From positions 5,179 to 69,178 of the forward strand of contig CAKORX010000003.1 of assembly GCA_934101645.1 (NCBI GenBank): a stretch of DNA of 64,000 nt. The letters are read 5' to 3'. Shown here one piece after another: positions 7,593 through 18,051 of the stretch. Position 1 is the first letter of the stretch. Every line of letters starts with the position of its first letter. The notes under the pieces are model-generated. The model ran no database searches. It had not been told where the DNA came from and saw nothing but the letters and a program-made list of their open reading frames with translations. The position numbers and the translations under genes were made by a program. The stretch comes from an uncultured Bacilli bacterium (GTDB lineage Bacteria; Bacillota_I; Bacilli_A; RF39; UBA660).

Positions 7593-9740
7593 ATGAATAA
7601 TATAATAATTGAAAATATTGCAAATAATTTAAATATAAAGGTATCACAAGTTCAAAAAACTTTAGAACTTTTAAGTGAGGGATGTACAATTCCATTTATT
7701 GCAAGGTATAGAAAAGAAGCCACAGGCGCACTTGATGAAGAACAAATAAGAAAAATAAACGAAGTATATGATTATGAAAATAAGTTATTAGAACGCAAAG
7801 AAAATGTTATAAAACTTATAGACGAAAAAGGATTATTAACCGATGAATTAAAAGATAAAATTATGTCTTCGGAAAAACTTGTCGAAGTTGAAGATTTATA
7901 TAGACCATTTAAAGAAAAAAAGAAAACTAAAGCTACGGATGCAATTAATAATGGTTTAGAACCACTTGCTAAAATGATTATGTCTTTCCCAGTTAAAGGA
8001 AATATTGAACTTTTAGCAGGAAAGTTTGTAAATGATAAAGTTAAAACTATTGATGATGCAGTAACCGGAGCAGGCTACATAATTGCAGAATATATTTCTG
8101 ATAATGCTTATTATAGAAAATGGATAAGAAACTATATATTTAAAAATGGAACGCTAGTAGCTAAAAAGAAAAAAGATGCTATTGATGAGAAAAAAGTTTA
8201 TGAAATGTATTATGATTTTTCTGAAAGCATAAGACTTATTAAGTCATATCGTGTACTTGCAATAAATAGAGCAGAAAAAGAAAAAATAATATCTGTTTCT
8301 TTAAATGTTGATAATGATAAAATAATTAGTTTTTTAGAAGAAAAAATTATTAAAAATAAAGAAAGTTTTGTAGTAAAAATTGTTGAAGATGCAATAAAAG
8401 ATAGCTATAAAAGGCTTATTTATCCAAGTATTGAAAGGGAGATTAGAGCGGAACTTTCTGATACAGCAGAATCTGTTGCAATTAAAAACTTTAGTGAAAA
8501 CTTAAATAATTTACTTTTAACACCACCAATAAAAGATAAGATTGTTTTAGGACTCGATCCTGCATTTAGAACTGGTTGTAAACTTGCAGTATTAAATCCT
8601 GTTGGTAAAGTTCTAACAATTGAGAAGATTTATCCACATGAACCGGTCAATAAATATGAAGAGGCTAAAATTAAAACAATTGATTTAATAAATAAATATA
8701 ATGTAGATATTGTTGCTATTGGTAATGGAACTGCCTCAAGAGAAAGTGAAAGATTTATTATTGATGTTTTAAAAAATGTAAATCATAAAGTTGATTATAT
8801 AATTGTTAGTGAGGCAGGAGCTTCAGTTTATAGTGCATCAAAACTTGCCATAAGTGAATTTCCAAATTTAGTTGTTGAGGAAAGAAGTGCAATAAGTATC
8901 GGTAGAAGACTTCAAGATGCTTTAGCAGAACTTGTAAAAATCGACCCAGAAAGTATTGGTGTAGGATTATATCAACATGATGTTAATGATAAAAAACTTT
9001 CTGAATCACTTGATTTTGTTGTAACAAAAGTTGTAAATGATGTCGGAGTAAATATAAATACCGCTAGTTCTTCACTTTTAAAATATGTTTCTGGAATGAC
9101 AAAGAATTTCATAGATAAAATTATTAATTATCGTGAAAACGAAGGGAAAATTACTTCTAGGGAAGAAATACTAAAAAATAAGTTATTAAGTGCTAAAGCT
9201 TATGAACAAGCAATTGGCTTTATGAGAGTTGAAGGTGGAACTAATCCATTTGATACTACAGATATTCATCCAGAAAGTTATGATGTTGCTAAAAAAATTA
9301 TGGATATTTTAAATATAAGTTATGATGATATAGGTAAAGAAAGTATTTTACCAAAACTTGATAATATAAATGAAGATGAACTAGTTAATCAAACTAAAAG
9401 TGATATTTATACAGTGCAGGGTATTTTAAATTCACTAAAAAAACCCCATAGAGATCCAAGGGATGAAATGCCAAAACCAATTCTTAAAAGTGATATTTTA
9501 GAAATAAAAGATTTAAGTATTGGCATGAAAATTCAAGGAACAGTTCGTAATGTTGTAGACTTTGGAGCATTTGTTGATATTGGACTACATAATGATGGTT
9601 TAATACATATTTCTAAAATGAGTAAAAATTATATTAAACATCCAAGTGAAATTTTGTCAGTTGGAGACATTGTAGATTGCTATGTAATAGGTATTGATAA
9701 AGAAAAAGAGAAAGTAAACCTTTCATTATTTAATGATTAA
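7593..9740 (+). CDS. tex: Tex-like RNA-binding transcription accessory protein (YqgF/HhH/S1 domains)
   Basis: About 715 aa with PFIARYRKE near the N-terminus, a central YqgF-like region, HhH motifs and a C-terminal S1 domain (GTVRNVVDFGAFVDIG). GAGG RBS lies before ATG 7593. Confidence 0.85.
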   Translation: MNNIIIENIANNLNIKVSQVQKTLELLSEGCTIPFIARYRKEATGALDEEQIRKINEVYDYENKLLERKENVIKLIDEKGLLTDELKDKIMSSEKLVEVEDLYRPFKEKKKTKATDAINNGLEPLAKMIMSFPVKGNIELLAGKFVNDKVKTIDDAVTGAGYIIAEYISDNAYYRKWIRNYIFKNGTLVAKKKKDAIDEKKVYEMYYDFSESIRLIKSYRVLAINRAEKEKIISVSLNVDNDKIISFLEEKIIKNKESFVVKIVEDAIKDSYKRLIYPSIEREIRAELSDTAESVAIKNFSENLNNLLLTPPIKDKIVLGLDPAFRTGCKLAVLNPVGKVLTIEKIYPHEPVNKYEEAKIKTIDLINKYNVDIVAIGNGTASRESERFIIDVLKNVNHKVDYIIVSEAGASVYSASKLAISEFPNLVVEERSAISIGRRLQDALAELVKIDPESIGVGLYQHDVNDKKLSESLDFVVTKVVNDVGVNINTASSSLLKYVSGMTKNFIDKIINYRENEGKITSREEILKNKLLSAKAYEQAIGFMRVEGGTNPFDTTDIHPESYDVAKKIMDILNISYDDIGKESILPKLDNINEDELVNQTKSDIYTVQGILNSLKKPHRDPRDEMPKPILKSDILEIKDLSIGMKIQGTVRNVVDFGAFVDIGLHNDGLIHISKMSKNYIKHPSEILSVGDIVDCYVIGIDKEKEKVNLSLFND

Positions 9741-9766
9741 GATAGATAAATTCTATCTTTTTTTCA
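9740..9766 (+). terminator. rho-independent terminator after tex
   Basis: AGATAGA-taaatt-CTATCT hairpin followed by T7. Confidence 0.5.
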
Positions 9767-9786
9767 TATAATCTATTGGTGATAGT

Positions 9787-10032
9787 TTGAATATAAAATA
9801 TGCTTTAGAAAATTTTTTGTATGATAAAGATTTTTTTATATCAATTTATAGTGGCCATGTATATGTTTATAATTATGATGAAATTGAAATATTAACAAAT
9901 GACAAAATAGTTTTAAAAATAAATAATTTTAAAGTAAATGTAATAGGTAGTAATTTAAAAATTGAAAAGTTAAATAAAAAAGAACTTCTTATTGAGGGAT
10001 TTATTAATAATATAGGAAAAATTTATGACTGA
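9787..10032 (+). CDS. yqfC: YabP/YqfC-family sporulation protein
   Basis: 81 aa. ...IYSGHVYVYNYDEIEIL...LKI...ELLIEGFI... fits the YabP/YqfC pattern. It is followed by yqfD as in Bacillus. TTG start. Confidence 0.65.
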   Translation: MNIKYALENFLYDKDFFISIYSGHVYVYNYDEIEILTNDKIVLKINNFKVNVIGSNLKIEKLNKKELLIEGFINNIGKIYD

Positions 10033-11158
10033 TTATATTTTAATTGAGGGTAGTGGAAAAAGTCTTAATGATGTTACTTTAAAATTAAACAATATAAATG
10101 TTGCTATTTATTTATCTTATGAAAAAAATAATCATTTTTATTTTAAAATTAAGTATCAAGATTTTGAAAAAATAAATAAATATTATAAATATTTAAATTT
10201 TAAAATAGTAAGATATTATGGATTAATATATTATAAAAAAATACTTAAGAAATATTATTTGATTTTTTTTAGTATGCTTACAATTTTTTTATTAGTTTTT
10301 GTGTTTTCACATGTTATTGTAGATGTAGAAATTGATCATGAAAACGAAAAGATAGTAAATTTACTTAAAGAAGAATTACGTGAGTATGGAATAAGCGCAT
10401 TTACTTTGAAAAAAAGTTTTACCAAATTAAATGAAATAAAAGAGAAGATTAAAACAAAATATAATGATAAAATTGATTGGTTAGAGATTAGTAGTAAAGG
10501 CATGAAATATATTGTAAAAGTCGAAGAGAAAATTATTCCTGAAAAAGAAATTAACCATTCGTACTGTGGTATTTATGCTTCAAATGATGGACTTATAAAA
10601 AGATTTAAAATATATAAAGGTAACAATTTAATAAAGATTAATGACTATGTAAAAAAAGGAGATTTACTTGTAAGCGGAGACATTTTTTTAAATGAAAATC
10701 AAGTGAATCAGGTTTGCGCAGATGCAAGCATTTATGCAGAAGTTTGGTATAATGTGAGTGTTGATATACCTTTTGAATATTATGAAACAAAGTTTACTAA
10801 AAAAAAGAGAAATAATTTTGTATTAAATATTAATGATAAAGATTATGTTTTACTAAATGATCGATTAAAAAATTATGAATCTAAAAATAAACTTATATTT
10901 GAGGGATTAGGAATTAAACTATATTTAAGAAAAGACTATGAGGTGAAAAAGAAAAAACTTATTTATAGTGAAGAAGAAATCATAAAAAAAGGTATTGATT
11001 TAGCTAAAGAAAAAATAAATTTAACTTTATCTAACGATGAAAGAATTATCGAAGAAAAAGTTTTGCAAAAAAATGCAAATGATAGTACAATGAATATGGA
11101 TGTGTTTATAGTAGTAGAAAAACAAATTGGCTCAAAGGTCATTTTAGAGGAGAAATAG
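10025..11158 (+). CDS. yqfD: sporulation protein YqfD
   Basis: 377 aa with a single TM. Synteny yqfC-yqfD-ybeY-dgkA-era-recO. Confidence 0.65.
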   Translation: MTDYILIEGSGKSLNDVTLKLNNINVAIYLSYEKNNHFYFKIKYQDFEKINKYYKYLNFKIVRYYGLIYYKKILKKYYLIFFSMLTIFLLVFVFSHVIVDVEIDHENEKIVNLLKEELREYGISAFTLKKSFTKLNEIKEKIKTKYNDKIDWLEISSKGMKYIVKVEEKIIPEKEINHSYCGIYASNDGLIKRFKIYKGNNLIKINDYVKKGDLLVSGDIFLNENQVNQVCADASIYAEVWYNVSVDIPFEYYETKFTKKKRNNFVLNINDKDYVLLNDRLKNYESKNKLIFEGLGIKLYLRKDYEVKKKKLIYSEEEIIKKGIDLAKEKINLTLSNDERIIEEKVLQKNANDSTMNMDVFIVVEKQIGSKVILEEK

Positions 11159-11159
11159 T

Positions 11160-11693
11160 GTGATTTATAACGTTTTAAAAAATAGTTTAATTAATATATG
11201 GCCATCATTAGTAATTGTTTTAGTAACAGTTTGCTGCATAAGGTATGCTTATTTACGCATAAATAAAATTAAGTTTGTTTTATATAAAGAGTTATTAATG
11301 ATGCTTTCACTTGTATACCTACTTCTTTTATACGAACTTGTAACAAGAGTTGATTATAATACTTTAGGAGGATTTAATATTATTCCTTTTACTGAAATTT
11401 TAAGATATAAAATTAATAGTGAACTATTTTTATTAAATGTTATTGGTAATATCGCCTTATTTATTCCATTTGGTTATATTGTTTCGGTATACATTAAACC
11501 TAAAAATATCTTTTATAACTTGTTAATTTCCATTATTGTAAGTTCTACGATTGAATTTGTTCAACTTAATATAGGTCGTAGTTTTGATGTTGATGATATT
11601 ATATTAAATACTATTGGTTGTAGTATTGGTTATTTGATTTATATATTTGTTAATAAATTAATGACTTTTTTAAGTGAAAAAACACTTAAATAG
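11160..11693 (+). CDS. VanZ-family membrane protein
   Basis: ...NIIPFTEILRY...NVIGNIALFIPFGY...DVDDIILNTIGCSIGYLIY... are VanZ-like motifs. It sits where phoH lies in Bacillus. Confidence 0.65.
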   Translation: MIYNVLKNSLINIWPSLVIVLVTVCCIRYAYLRINKIKFVLYKELLMMLSLVYLLLLYELVTRVDYNTLGGFNIIPFTEILRYKINSELFLLNVIGNIALFIPFGYIVSVYIKPKNIFYNLLISIIVSSTIEFVQLNIGRSFDVDDIILNTIGCSIGYLIYIFVNKLMTFLSEKTLK

Positions 11694-11745
11694 TTTGATT
11701 TGTTAAGTATTATTGGATATAATAGTTGCTAGTGGGGTATTCTAG

Positions 11746-12192
11746 ATGAATAAATTTGAAATAATAGATTTAGTTAAATATAAAAAATATGGTATTGTTA
11801 AAAAAGTTTTAAAAAGAACTTTGAAAATGGAAAAAGTTAACAATGCATTTTTTTCAGTTGTTTTAGTAGATGAAAAGAAAATTCAAGAAATAAATAAAGA
11901 ATATCGTAATATTGATAGAGTAACCGATGTTATATCATTTGCTTTTGAAGATAACGATAAACGTGAGTATAACGACATAAGAGTTTTAGGTGAAATATAT
12001 ATATGCATTCCAAGAATGAAAGAGCAAGCAAAAATGTATGGTCATAATGAAACTAGAGAGATAGCTTTTTTAGCTGTTCATGGGCTTTTACATTTACTTG
12101 GATATGATCATACAAAATCAAAAGAAGATGAAGAAATAATGTTTGGAAAACAGGAGTTGGTATTAAATGGATTTAATAAAACGCAAAGGTGA
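11746..12192 (+). CDS. ybeY: rRNA maturation endoribonuclease YbeY
   Basis: HGLLHLLGYDH metal-binding motif, 148 aa. Confidence 0.85.
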   Translation: MNKFEIIDLVKYKKYGIVKKVLKRTLKMEKVNNAFFSVVLVDEKKIQEINKEYRNIDRVTDVISFAFEDNDKREYNDIRVLGEIYICIPRMKEQAKMYGHNETREIAFLAVHGLLHLLGYDHTKSKEDEEIMFGKQELVLNGFNKTQR

Positions 12193-12565
12193 AAAAGTCG
12201 GACCAGTTAAAGATGTATTACATAAATTTAAATATTCTTTTCAAGGATTTATTTATTGTTATACTCATGAAACTAGTTTTATATTTGAAACAATTGGTAT
12301 AGTGGCAATTATTGTATGTGGTATTATTTTTAAAATTACTTTTATGCAATGGATTTTTGCTTTAATAAGTATGCTTCTTATAATGGAAATTGAATTTTTA
12401 AATACCGCTATAGAGGCTACTGTAGATTTAGTAACTCAAGAATATCATCCACTTGCAAAAGTAGCAAAAGATTGTGGCTCAGCAGCAACTTGTATGGCAA
12501 CATTTATGGCAATAATAGTAAATGCAATAATATTTTTGCCATATATAATAAGTTTATTTAAATAG
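12167..12565 (+). CDS. dgkA: diacylglycerol / undecaprenol kinase
   Basis: 132 aa three-TM protein with EIEFLNTAIEATVDL resembling DgkA. Conserved position between ybeY and era. Confidence 0.75.
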   Translation: MDLIKRKGEKVGPVKDVLHKFKYSFQGFIYCYTHETSFIFETIGIVAIIVCGIIFKITFMQWIFALISMLLIMEIEFLNTAIEATVDLVTQEYHPLAKVAKDCGSAATCMATFMAIIVNAIIFLPYIISLFK

Positions 12566-12572
12566 GTGAGTT

Positions 12573-13457
12573 ATGAAAAGTGGATTTGTAAGTTTAATAG
12601 GAAGACCAAATGTAGGAAAATCAACTTTAATTAATTCCTTAATTACTCAAAAAATTGCTATTACATCTGATAAAGCAGGTACAACTAGAAATGTTATTCA
12701 AGGTATATATAATGAAAAAGATTATCAAATTGTGTTTGTGGATACTCCAGGTATTGCTAAACCAATTAATAGACTAGGTAAAATATTAAATAAAAAAGCA
12801 AAAGAAATGACTGAAGATGTTGATGCAATACTTTTTGTTATAGATGGTAAAAAAGGTATTGGTCCTGGAGATAAATATATTTTAAATATTTTAAAAAATG
12901 TTGAAATTCCCGTTATTTTGGTTATTAATAAAATAGATCAAATATCTGATGAAATACTTCTTTATACAATAAATGAGTATAAAGACTTATATCCTTTTTC
13001 AGACATTGTTCCGGTTTCTGCTATGACAAATGATAATACAGATAGACTTATTGAAGTAATAAAAAAGTATTTATCTGATGAAGTTAAATATTATGACGAT
13101 GATATGATTACCTCAAATTCAATGAGCTTTATGGTATCTGAAATTGTTAGAGAAAAACTTTTAAATGATACAATCGAAGAAGTTCCTCATAGTATTGCTT
13201 GCAACTGTGTTGGGTACCATGAAAAAAAAGATGTAGTAAATATTTTAGTAGATATTATAGTAGATAGAGATTCTATTAAAAAAATAGTTATTGGAAAAAA
13301 TGGTAGTAGACTTAAAAAAGTTGGTATCGAAGCCCGTGAAGAAATCGAAAAAATGGTTGGCAAAAAAGTTTATATAGAGCTTTATGTTAAAACTATAAAA
13401 AATTGGAAAGATAAAGAAAAGTATTTATTAGAATTAGGTTATTTAAATAATGAATAA
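12573..13457 (+). CDS. era: GTPase Era
   Basis: GRPNVGKSTL P-loop, DTPG, NKID and a C-terminal KH domain. 294 aa. Confidence 0.9.
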   Translation: MKSGFVSLIGRPNVGKSTLINSLITQKIAITSDKAGTTRNVIQGIYNEKDYQIVFVDTPGIAKPINRLGKILNKKAKEMTEDVDAILFVIDGKKGIGPGDKYILNILKNVEIPVILVINKIDQISDEILLYTINEYKDLYPFSDIVPVSAMTNDNTDRLIEVIKKYLSDEVKYYDDDMITSNSMSFMVSEIVREKLLNDTIEEVPHSIACNCVGYHEKKDVVNILVDIIVDRDSIKKIVIGKNGSRLKKVGIEAREEIEKMVGKKVYIELYVKTIKNWKDKEKYLLELGYLNNE

Positions 13458-13502
13458 AAAAGTAATCTTTTCATCATCATATAATTAGAAAGGGTGAAAA
13501 GG

Positions 13503-13592
13503 TTGACTACGAAAGAGGCTTGGAATAAATTTAAAACAAGTGGAAAAGTTGAAGATTATTTAAATTATAAAAAAGTTAAAGAAGGAAAATAA
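13503..13592 (+). CDS. yqzL: YqzL-family small protein (29 aa)
   Basis: This small ORF is not in the supplied track. It reads (L/M)TTKEAWNKFKTSGKVEDYLNYKKVKEGK with a TTG start and an AAGGGTGAAAAGG RBS, and its stop overlaps the recO ATG (TAATG). The W..F..TG.VE.YL.YK pattern and its position between era and recO match Bacillus yqzL. Confidence 0.5.
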   Translation: MTTKEAWNKFKTSGKVEDYLNYKKVKEGK

Positions 13593-14320
13593 TGCCACAG
13601 GAAGTAGAAGGTTTTATTGTTACAGAAACGCCTTATGGTGAATCTAGCAAAATAATTAATGTATTAACAAGAGAAAAAGGCCTTATAGGGATAATGTGTA
13701 AAGGTGCTAAGAAGATGAAGTCTCCTCTTAGAGCTTGCACACAAATACTTACCTATGGCGTTTTTAATTTGCAGTATAAAGATGGTAAATTATCAAATTT
13801 AATAAGTGTTGATGTTATAGATCCTTTAGTAAATATTCGAACTGATCTTGATAAAATAAGTGTTTCTTTATATTTAACTAAACTTATAACACAAGTAGTT
13901 AAACAAAATAATAATCCCAAAATCTATGATTTATTTATCAAAACTATATTAAAAATAGAGGCAAATTTGGACCCTTTAACATTATGTAATATTTTAGAAT
14001 TAAAACTTTTACCATATTTAGGAGTTGGTTTAAATTTAGATAGTTGTATAAGATGTGGTAAAAAAACTAATATTGTTACAATTGATGCATCTTATGGTGG
14101 ACTTATATGTAAAGATTGTTATCAAAATGAACAAATAATCGATTTAAAGATAGTAAAACTTATTAGAATGTATTATTATATAGATATAGAGTCAATAAAT
14201 ACAATAAATGTTGATAATAAGATTAAAAAAATTATTAATAAGTTTGTTACTGATTATTATGATTCATTTACTGGACTTTATATTGATAAGAAAATGTTAG
14301 TTTTTGGAGAGAATAGATGA
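13592..14320 (+). CDS. recO: DNA repair protein RecO
   Basis: 242 aa with an N-terminal OB fold (EGFIV...ESSKII) and a C-terminal CxxC...CxxC zinc motif (CIRCGKK...CKDC). Confidence 0.8.
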   Translation: MPQEVEGFIVTETPYGESSKIINVLTREKGLIGIMCKGAKKMKSPLRACTQILTYGVFNLQYKDGKLSNLISVDVIDPLVNIRTDLDKISVSLYLTKLITQVVKQNNNPKIYDLFIKTILKIEANLDPLTLCNILELKLLPYLGVGLNLDSCIRCGKKTNIVTIDASYGGLICKDCYQNEQIIDLKIVKLIRMYYYIDIESINTINVDNKIKKIINKFVTDYYDSFTGLYIDKKMLVFGENR

Positions 14321-14952
14321 CGGATTTAACCTTATTTTATGGAACAATGGAAAGTGGTAAGACCACAAAGTTATTACAAGATAATTATAATTATAGAAAA
14401 CATGGTCACAAAGTTTTAATACTTAAGCCTTTACTTGATACAAAGGGCGGAGACTATGTAATAAATAGAACTAAAGAAAAAGCTAAAGTTGATATACTTT
14501 TAGATGAAAAAGATTCTATATTTGATGAGAAATATTTATCCCTTATAAAAGGCACTGAGGTTGTTTTAGTAGATGAAGCACAGTTTTTAACAGAAAGACA
14601 AATATTTGACTTTTGGATGCTTTCTCATGAGATTGGGATTACAGTTATTTGTTATGCTTTAAAAAGTGATTTTAAAGGAAGACTTTTTAAAGGTACGCAA
14701 GCTTTAATAGGATATGCGGATAGAAAAAATGAATTAACAGTTAATTGTAAATGCGGAGAAACCGCTATATTTAATGCAAGAAAAGTAAATGGCGTATTTG
14801 TTTATTCTGGTGATGAAGTTGCAATAGATGGAGTAGATGATGTAAGTTATGTACCACTTTGCAGTGAGTGTTATTTTAAAGAAGTTATAAGTAAAAAAGA
14901 AAAGAACATGATTAATAAATATAAAAGCCTTTTATCGGTAGAAAACAAATAA
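14317..14952 (+). CDS. tdk: thymidine kinase
   Basis: LFYGTMESGKTT P-loop and a C-terminal Cys4 cluster (CKCG...CSEC). 211 aa. Confidence 0.9.
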   Translation: MTDLTLFYGTMESGKTTKLLQDNYNYRKHGHKVLILKPLLDTKGGDYVINRTKEKAKVDILLDEKDSIFDEKYLSLIKGTEVVLVDEAQFLTERQIFDFWMLSHEIGITVICYALKSDFKGRLFKGTQALIGYADRKNELTVNCKCGETAIFNARKVNGVFVYSGDEVAIDGVDDVSYVPLCSECYFKEVISKKEKNMINKYKSLLSVENK

Positions 14953-14959
14953 ATTGTTG

Positions 14960-15117
14960 CCAAAATAAGTAAAAGAGATTATAATACAAATATAAAAGCA
15001 ATGAGGGGCTTGGCAACCCGGAGCTATATAATTTTTAAAAGTGATTCCTTTGGGAATAATTAGGGTGGAACCGCGGATAAAATTTCGTCCCTAAATTATT
15101 TTTGAAGGGATTTTTTT
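14960..15117 (+). promoter_or_regulatory. T-box riboswitch leader (glycine-specific by context)
   Basis: Canonical T-box sequence AATTAGGGTGGAACCGCGG at 15057-15075, followed by a terminator hairpin and T-run (15086-15117) immediately upstream of glyQS. Confidence 0.7.
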
Positions 15118-15134
15118 ATTTATTAGGAGGATGT

Positions 15135-16514
15135 ATGGAAAAATTAACTATGGAAAAACTTACAAATTATTGTAAGAATTATGGATTTATATTTCAAGGT
15201 AGTGAAATATATGGAGGACTTGCAAATTCTTGGGATTTTGGACCACTTGGTGCAGAATTAAAAAGAAATATAAAAAATGCTTGGCTTAAAAAGTTTGTTG
15301 AAGAAGATGAAAATAATGTCTCTTTAGATAGTTCAATTTTAATGAATCCTAAAGTATGGGAAGCATCAGGACATTTAAAAACTTTTGCAGACCCTCTTAT
15401 AGATTGCAAACATTGTAAAACTAGATACAGAGCAGATAAATTAATTGAAGATTATACAAATGGAAAAGAAACTGGTGATGGTTGGGGCAATGAAAAATTA
15501 ATTGAATTTATTAAAGAAAATAATATTATTTGTCCAAAATGTGGAAAAAGTGATTTTACTGATATAAGACAATTTAATTTAATGTTTAAAACATTCCAAG
15601 GTGTTACGGAAGAAGCTAAAAGTACAATTTATTTAAGACCTGAAACAGCTCAAGGAATCTTTGTAAATTTCTTAAATGTACAAAGAAGTATGAGACTAAA
15701 AGTACCATTTGGAATTGGTCAAGTAGGAAAAAGTTTTAGAAATGAAATAACTCCGGGAAACTTTATTTTTAGAGTAAGAGAATTTGAACAAATGGAGCTT
15801 GAATTTTTCTGCAAACCAGGTACAGAACTTGAATGGTTTAAAATATATAAAGAAAGATGTTTTAATTTCTTAAAAGATTTAGGTATTAAAAAAGAAAATC
15901 TACGTATGCGTGATCATACAAAAGAAGAACTTTGTTTTTACTCAAATGCCACAACTGACATTGAATATAATTTTCCATTTGGTTTCGGAGAACTTTGGGG
16001 AATTGCCTCAAGGACTGATTATGATTTAACTCAACACGAAAAGTTTTCTTCAGAAAATTTGAAATATTTAGATCCAGATACTAACGAAAAATATATTCCT
16101 TATGTTATAGAGCCTTCTGTAGGCGTTGAAAGATTATTTTTAACAATACTTTGCGATGCTTATAACGAAGAAGTTTTAGATGATGGCACAAGTAGAGAAG
16201 TACTTAAAATTCATCCATATTTAGCACCTGTAAAAGTAGCTATTTTACCTTTAGTTAAAAAATTTCATAGTGAAAAAGCTAGAGAAATATATAGGACTTT
16301 ATCTAAAAATTTTGCTTGTTCATTTGATGAAACAGGAAATATTGGTAAACGTTATAGAAGAGCAGATGCTATAGGAACTCCATTTGCTATAACTATTGAT
16401 GATGATACTTTGAATAATAATACAGTTACGTTAAGAGACCGTGATACAATGAAACAAATAGTGATTAGTTTAGATGATATTACATCTTACGTAAATGAAA
16501 AAATTAAATTTTAG
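15135..16514 (+). CDS. glyQS: glycine--tRNA ligase (dimeric GlyQS type)
   Basis: ...[22 protein letters not shown]... and class II aaRS motifs, about 460 aa. GGAGG RBS lies before ATG 15135. The track ORF starts at 15102. Confidence 0.9.
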   Translation: MEKLTMEKLTNYCKNYGFIFQGSEIYGGLANSWDFGPLGAELKRNIKNAWLKKFVEEDENNVSLDSSILMNPKVWEASGHLKTFADPLIDCKHCKTRYRADKLIEDYTNGKETGDGWGNEKLIEFIKENNIICPKCGKSDFTDIRQFNLMFKTFQGVTEEAKSTIYLRPETAQGIFVNFLNVQRSMRLKVPFGIGQVGKSFRNEITPGNFIFRVREFEQMELEFFCKPGTELEWFKIYKERCFNFLKDLGIKKENLRMRDHTKEELCFYSNATTDIEYNFPFGFGELWGIASRTDYDLTQHEKFSSENLKYLDPDTNEKYIPYVIEPSVGVERLFLTILCDAYNEEVLDDGTSREVLKIHPYLAPVKVAILPLVKKFHSEKAREIYRTLSKNFACSFDETGNIGKRYRRADAIGTPFAITIDDDTLNNNTVTLRDRDTMKQIVISLDDITSYVNEKIKF

Positions 16515-16529
16515 AAAGGAAAAATTTTT

Positions 16530-17966
16530 ATGAATAATAAAATGACAGAAAAAATTACTCCAAGGGATGAAAACTTTACACAATGGTATACAGATGTTGT
16601 AAAAGTAGCAAAACTTTGTGATTATACTGATGTTAAAGGGTGCATGATTTATTTACCTAATGGCCAAGCAATTTGGGAAAATATTCAAAATAATATGGAT
16701 AAAATGTTTAAAGAAACGGGCGTTCAAAATGTATACCTTCCAATGTTAATTCCAGAAAGTTTACTTCAAAAAGAAAAAGATCATATAGCTGGTTTTGCAC
16801 CAGAAGTTGCTTGGGTTACAATGGGTGGTAATGAACCTTTAGAAGAAAAAATGTGTATAAGACCTACGAGTGAAACATTATTTTGTAATTATTGGCAAAA
16901 AGAAGTTAAATCTTATAGAGATTTACCAAAAATTTATAATCAATGGTGCTCAGTTTTACGTTGGGAAAAAACCACTAGACCATATTTAAGAAGTCGTGAA
17001 TTTTTATGGCAAGAAGGACACACAATTCATTCAACTAGTAAAGAAGCAATGGATAGAACTTTGCAAATGCTTGATATATATACTAAATTCAGTAGAGATT
17101 ATTTAGCTATTCCTATGGTTACTGGTGAAAAAACTCCTTCAGAAAAATTTGCAGGTGCAGAAAATACTTACACAATGGAAGCAATGATGCATGACGGAAA
17201 AGCACTTCAATCTGGTACAACTCACTATTTTGGTCAAAGTTTTGCAGATGCTTTTAATATTAAATTTTTAAATAAAGAAAATAAATTAGAAACAGTTTAT
17301 GAAACATCTTGGGGAACATCTACAAGATTAATTGGTGCACTTATTATGGTTCATGGGGATGATAATGGTTTAGTTCTTCCACCAAAAATTGCTCCAGTAC
17401 AAGTAGTAATTGTTCCAATTGCATCACATAAAGAAGGTGTAATGGAAAGTGCAAATGAAATCTATGAAGATTTAAAAAATGCTGGAGTTAGAGTAAAAAT
17501 TGATGATAGTGATAAAACTCCAGGATTTAAATTTAATGAAAGTGAAGTTCAAGGAATCCCTCTTCGTATTGAAGTTGGCCCAAGAGATTTAGAAAATGGG
17601 GAAGTTACTTTAGCAATAAGATTTACTCATGAGAAAGAAACAGTTAAACTTGAAAATATTGTAAGTGATGTTATTCAAAAACTTGAGACTATTCAAAATG
17701 GTATGCTTGAAAAAGCCACTGAATTTGTTTCTACTCATATTTATGAAGCGAAAAATATGGATGAAATGATAAATATAGCAAATACTAAAGAAGGATTTAT
17801 CAAAGCTGATTGGTGTGGAAACGAAGAATGTGAAGATAAAATCAAAGAACTTACAGGTGGAGCAGGAAGTAGATGCATTCCATTTGATGAAAAACTAATT
17901 ACAGGAAAATGTATTTGTTGTGGTAAAGATGCTAAACATAATGTAATTTGGGGTAAATCATACTAA
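16530..17966 (+). CDS. proS: proline--tRNA ligase (archaeal/eukaryote-like type without an editing insertion)
   Basis: 478 aa starting ...ENFTQWY, with class II motifs and a C-terminal zinc-binding domain ending ...CGK...WGKSY. It starts 16 nt after the glyQS stop. Confidence 0.9.
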   Translation: MNNKMTEKITPRDENFTQWYTDVVKVAKLCDYTDVKGCMIYLPNGQAIWENIQNNMDKMFKETGVQNVYLPMLIPESLLQKEKDHIAGFAPEVAWVTMGGNEPLEEKMCIRPTSETLFCNYWQKEVKSYRDLPKIYNQWCSVLRWEKTTRPYLRSREFLWQEGHTIHSTSKEAMDRTLQMLDIYTKFSRDYLAIPMVTGEKTPSEKFAGAENTYTMEAMMHDGKALQSGTTHYFGQSFADAFNIKFLNKENKLETVYETSWGTSTRLIGALIMVHGDDNGLVLPPKIAPVQVVIVPIASHKEGVMESANEIYEDLKNAGVRVKIDDSDKTPGFKFNESEVQGIPLRIEVGPRDLENGEVTLAIRFTHEKETVKLENIVSDVIQKLETIQNGMLEKATEFVSTHIYEAKNMDEMINIANTKEGFIKADWCGNEECEDKIKELTGGAGSRCIPFDEKLITGKCICCGKDAKHNVIWGKSY

Positions 17967-18051
17967 AAACTAGAAAAATCTATTTTGGCTGTCTATTGCA
18001 TAATAGATTTTTTTTTAGTATAATTAAGTGGATACTAGGAGGCAAATATAT

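Noticed and set aside
15194-15409. Antisense ORF within glyQS
   Set aside because: Shadow frame of a conserved aaRS gene.
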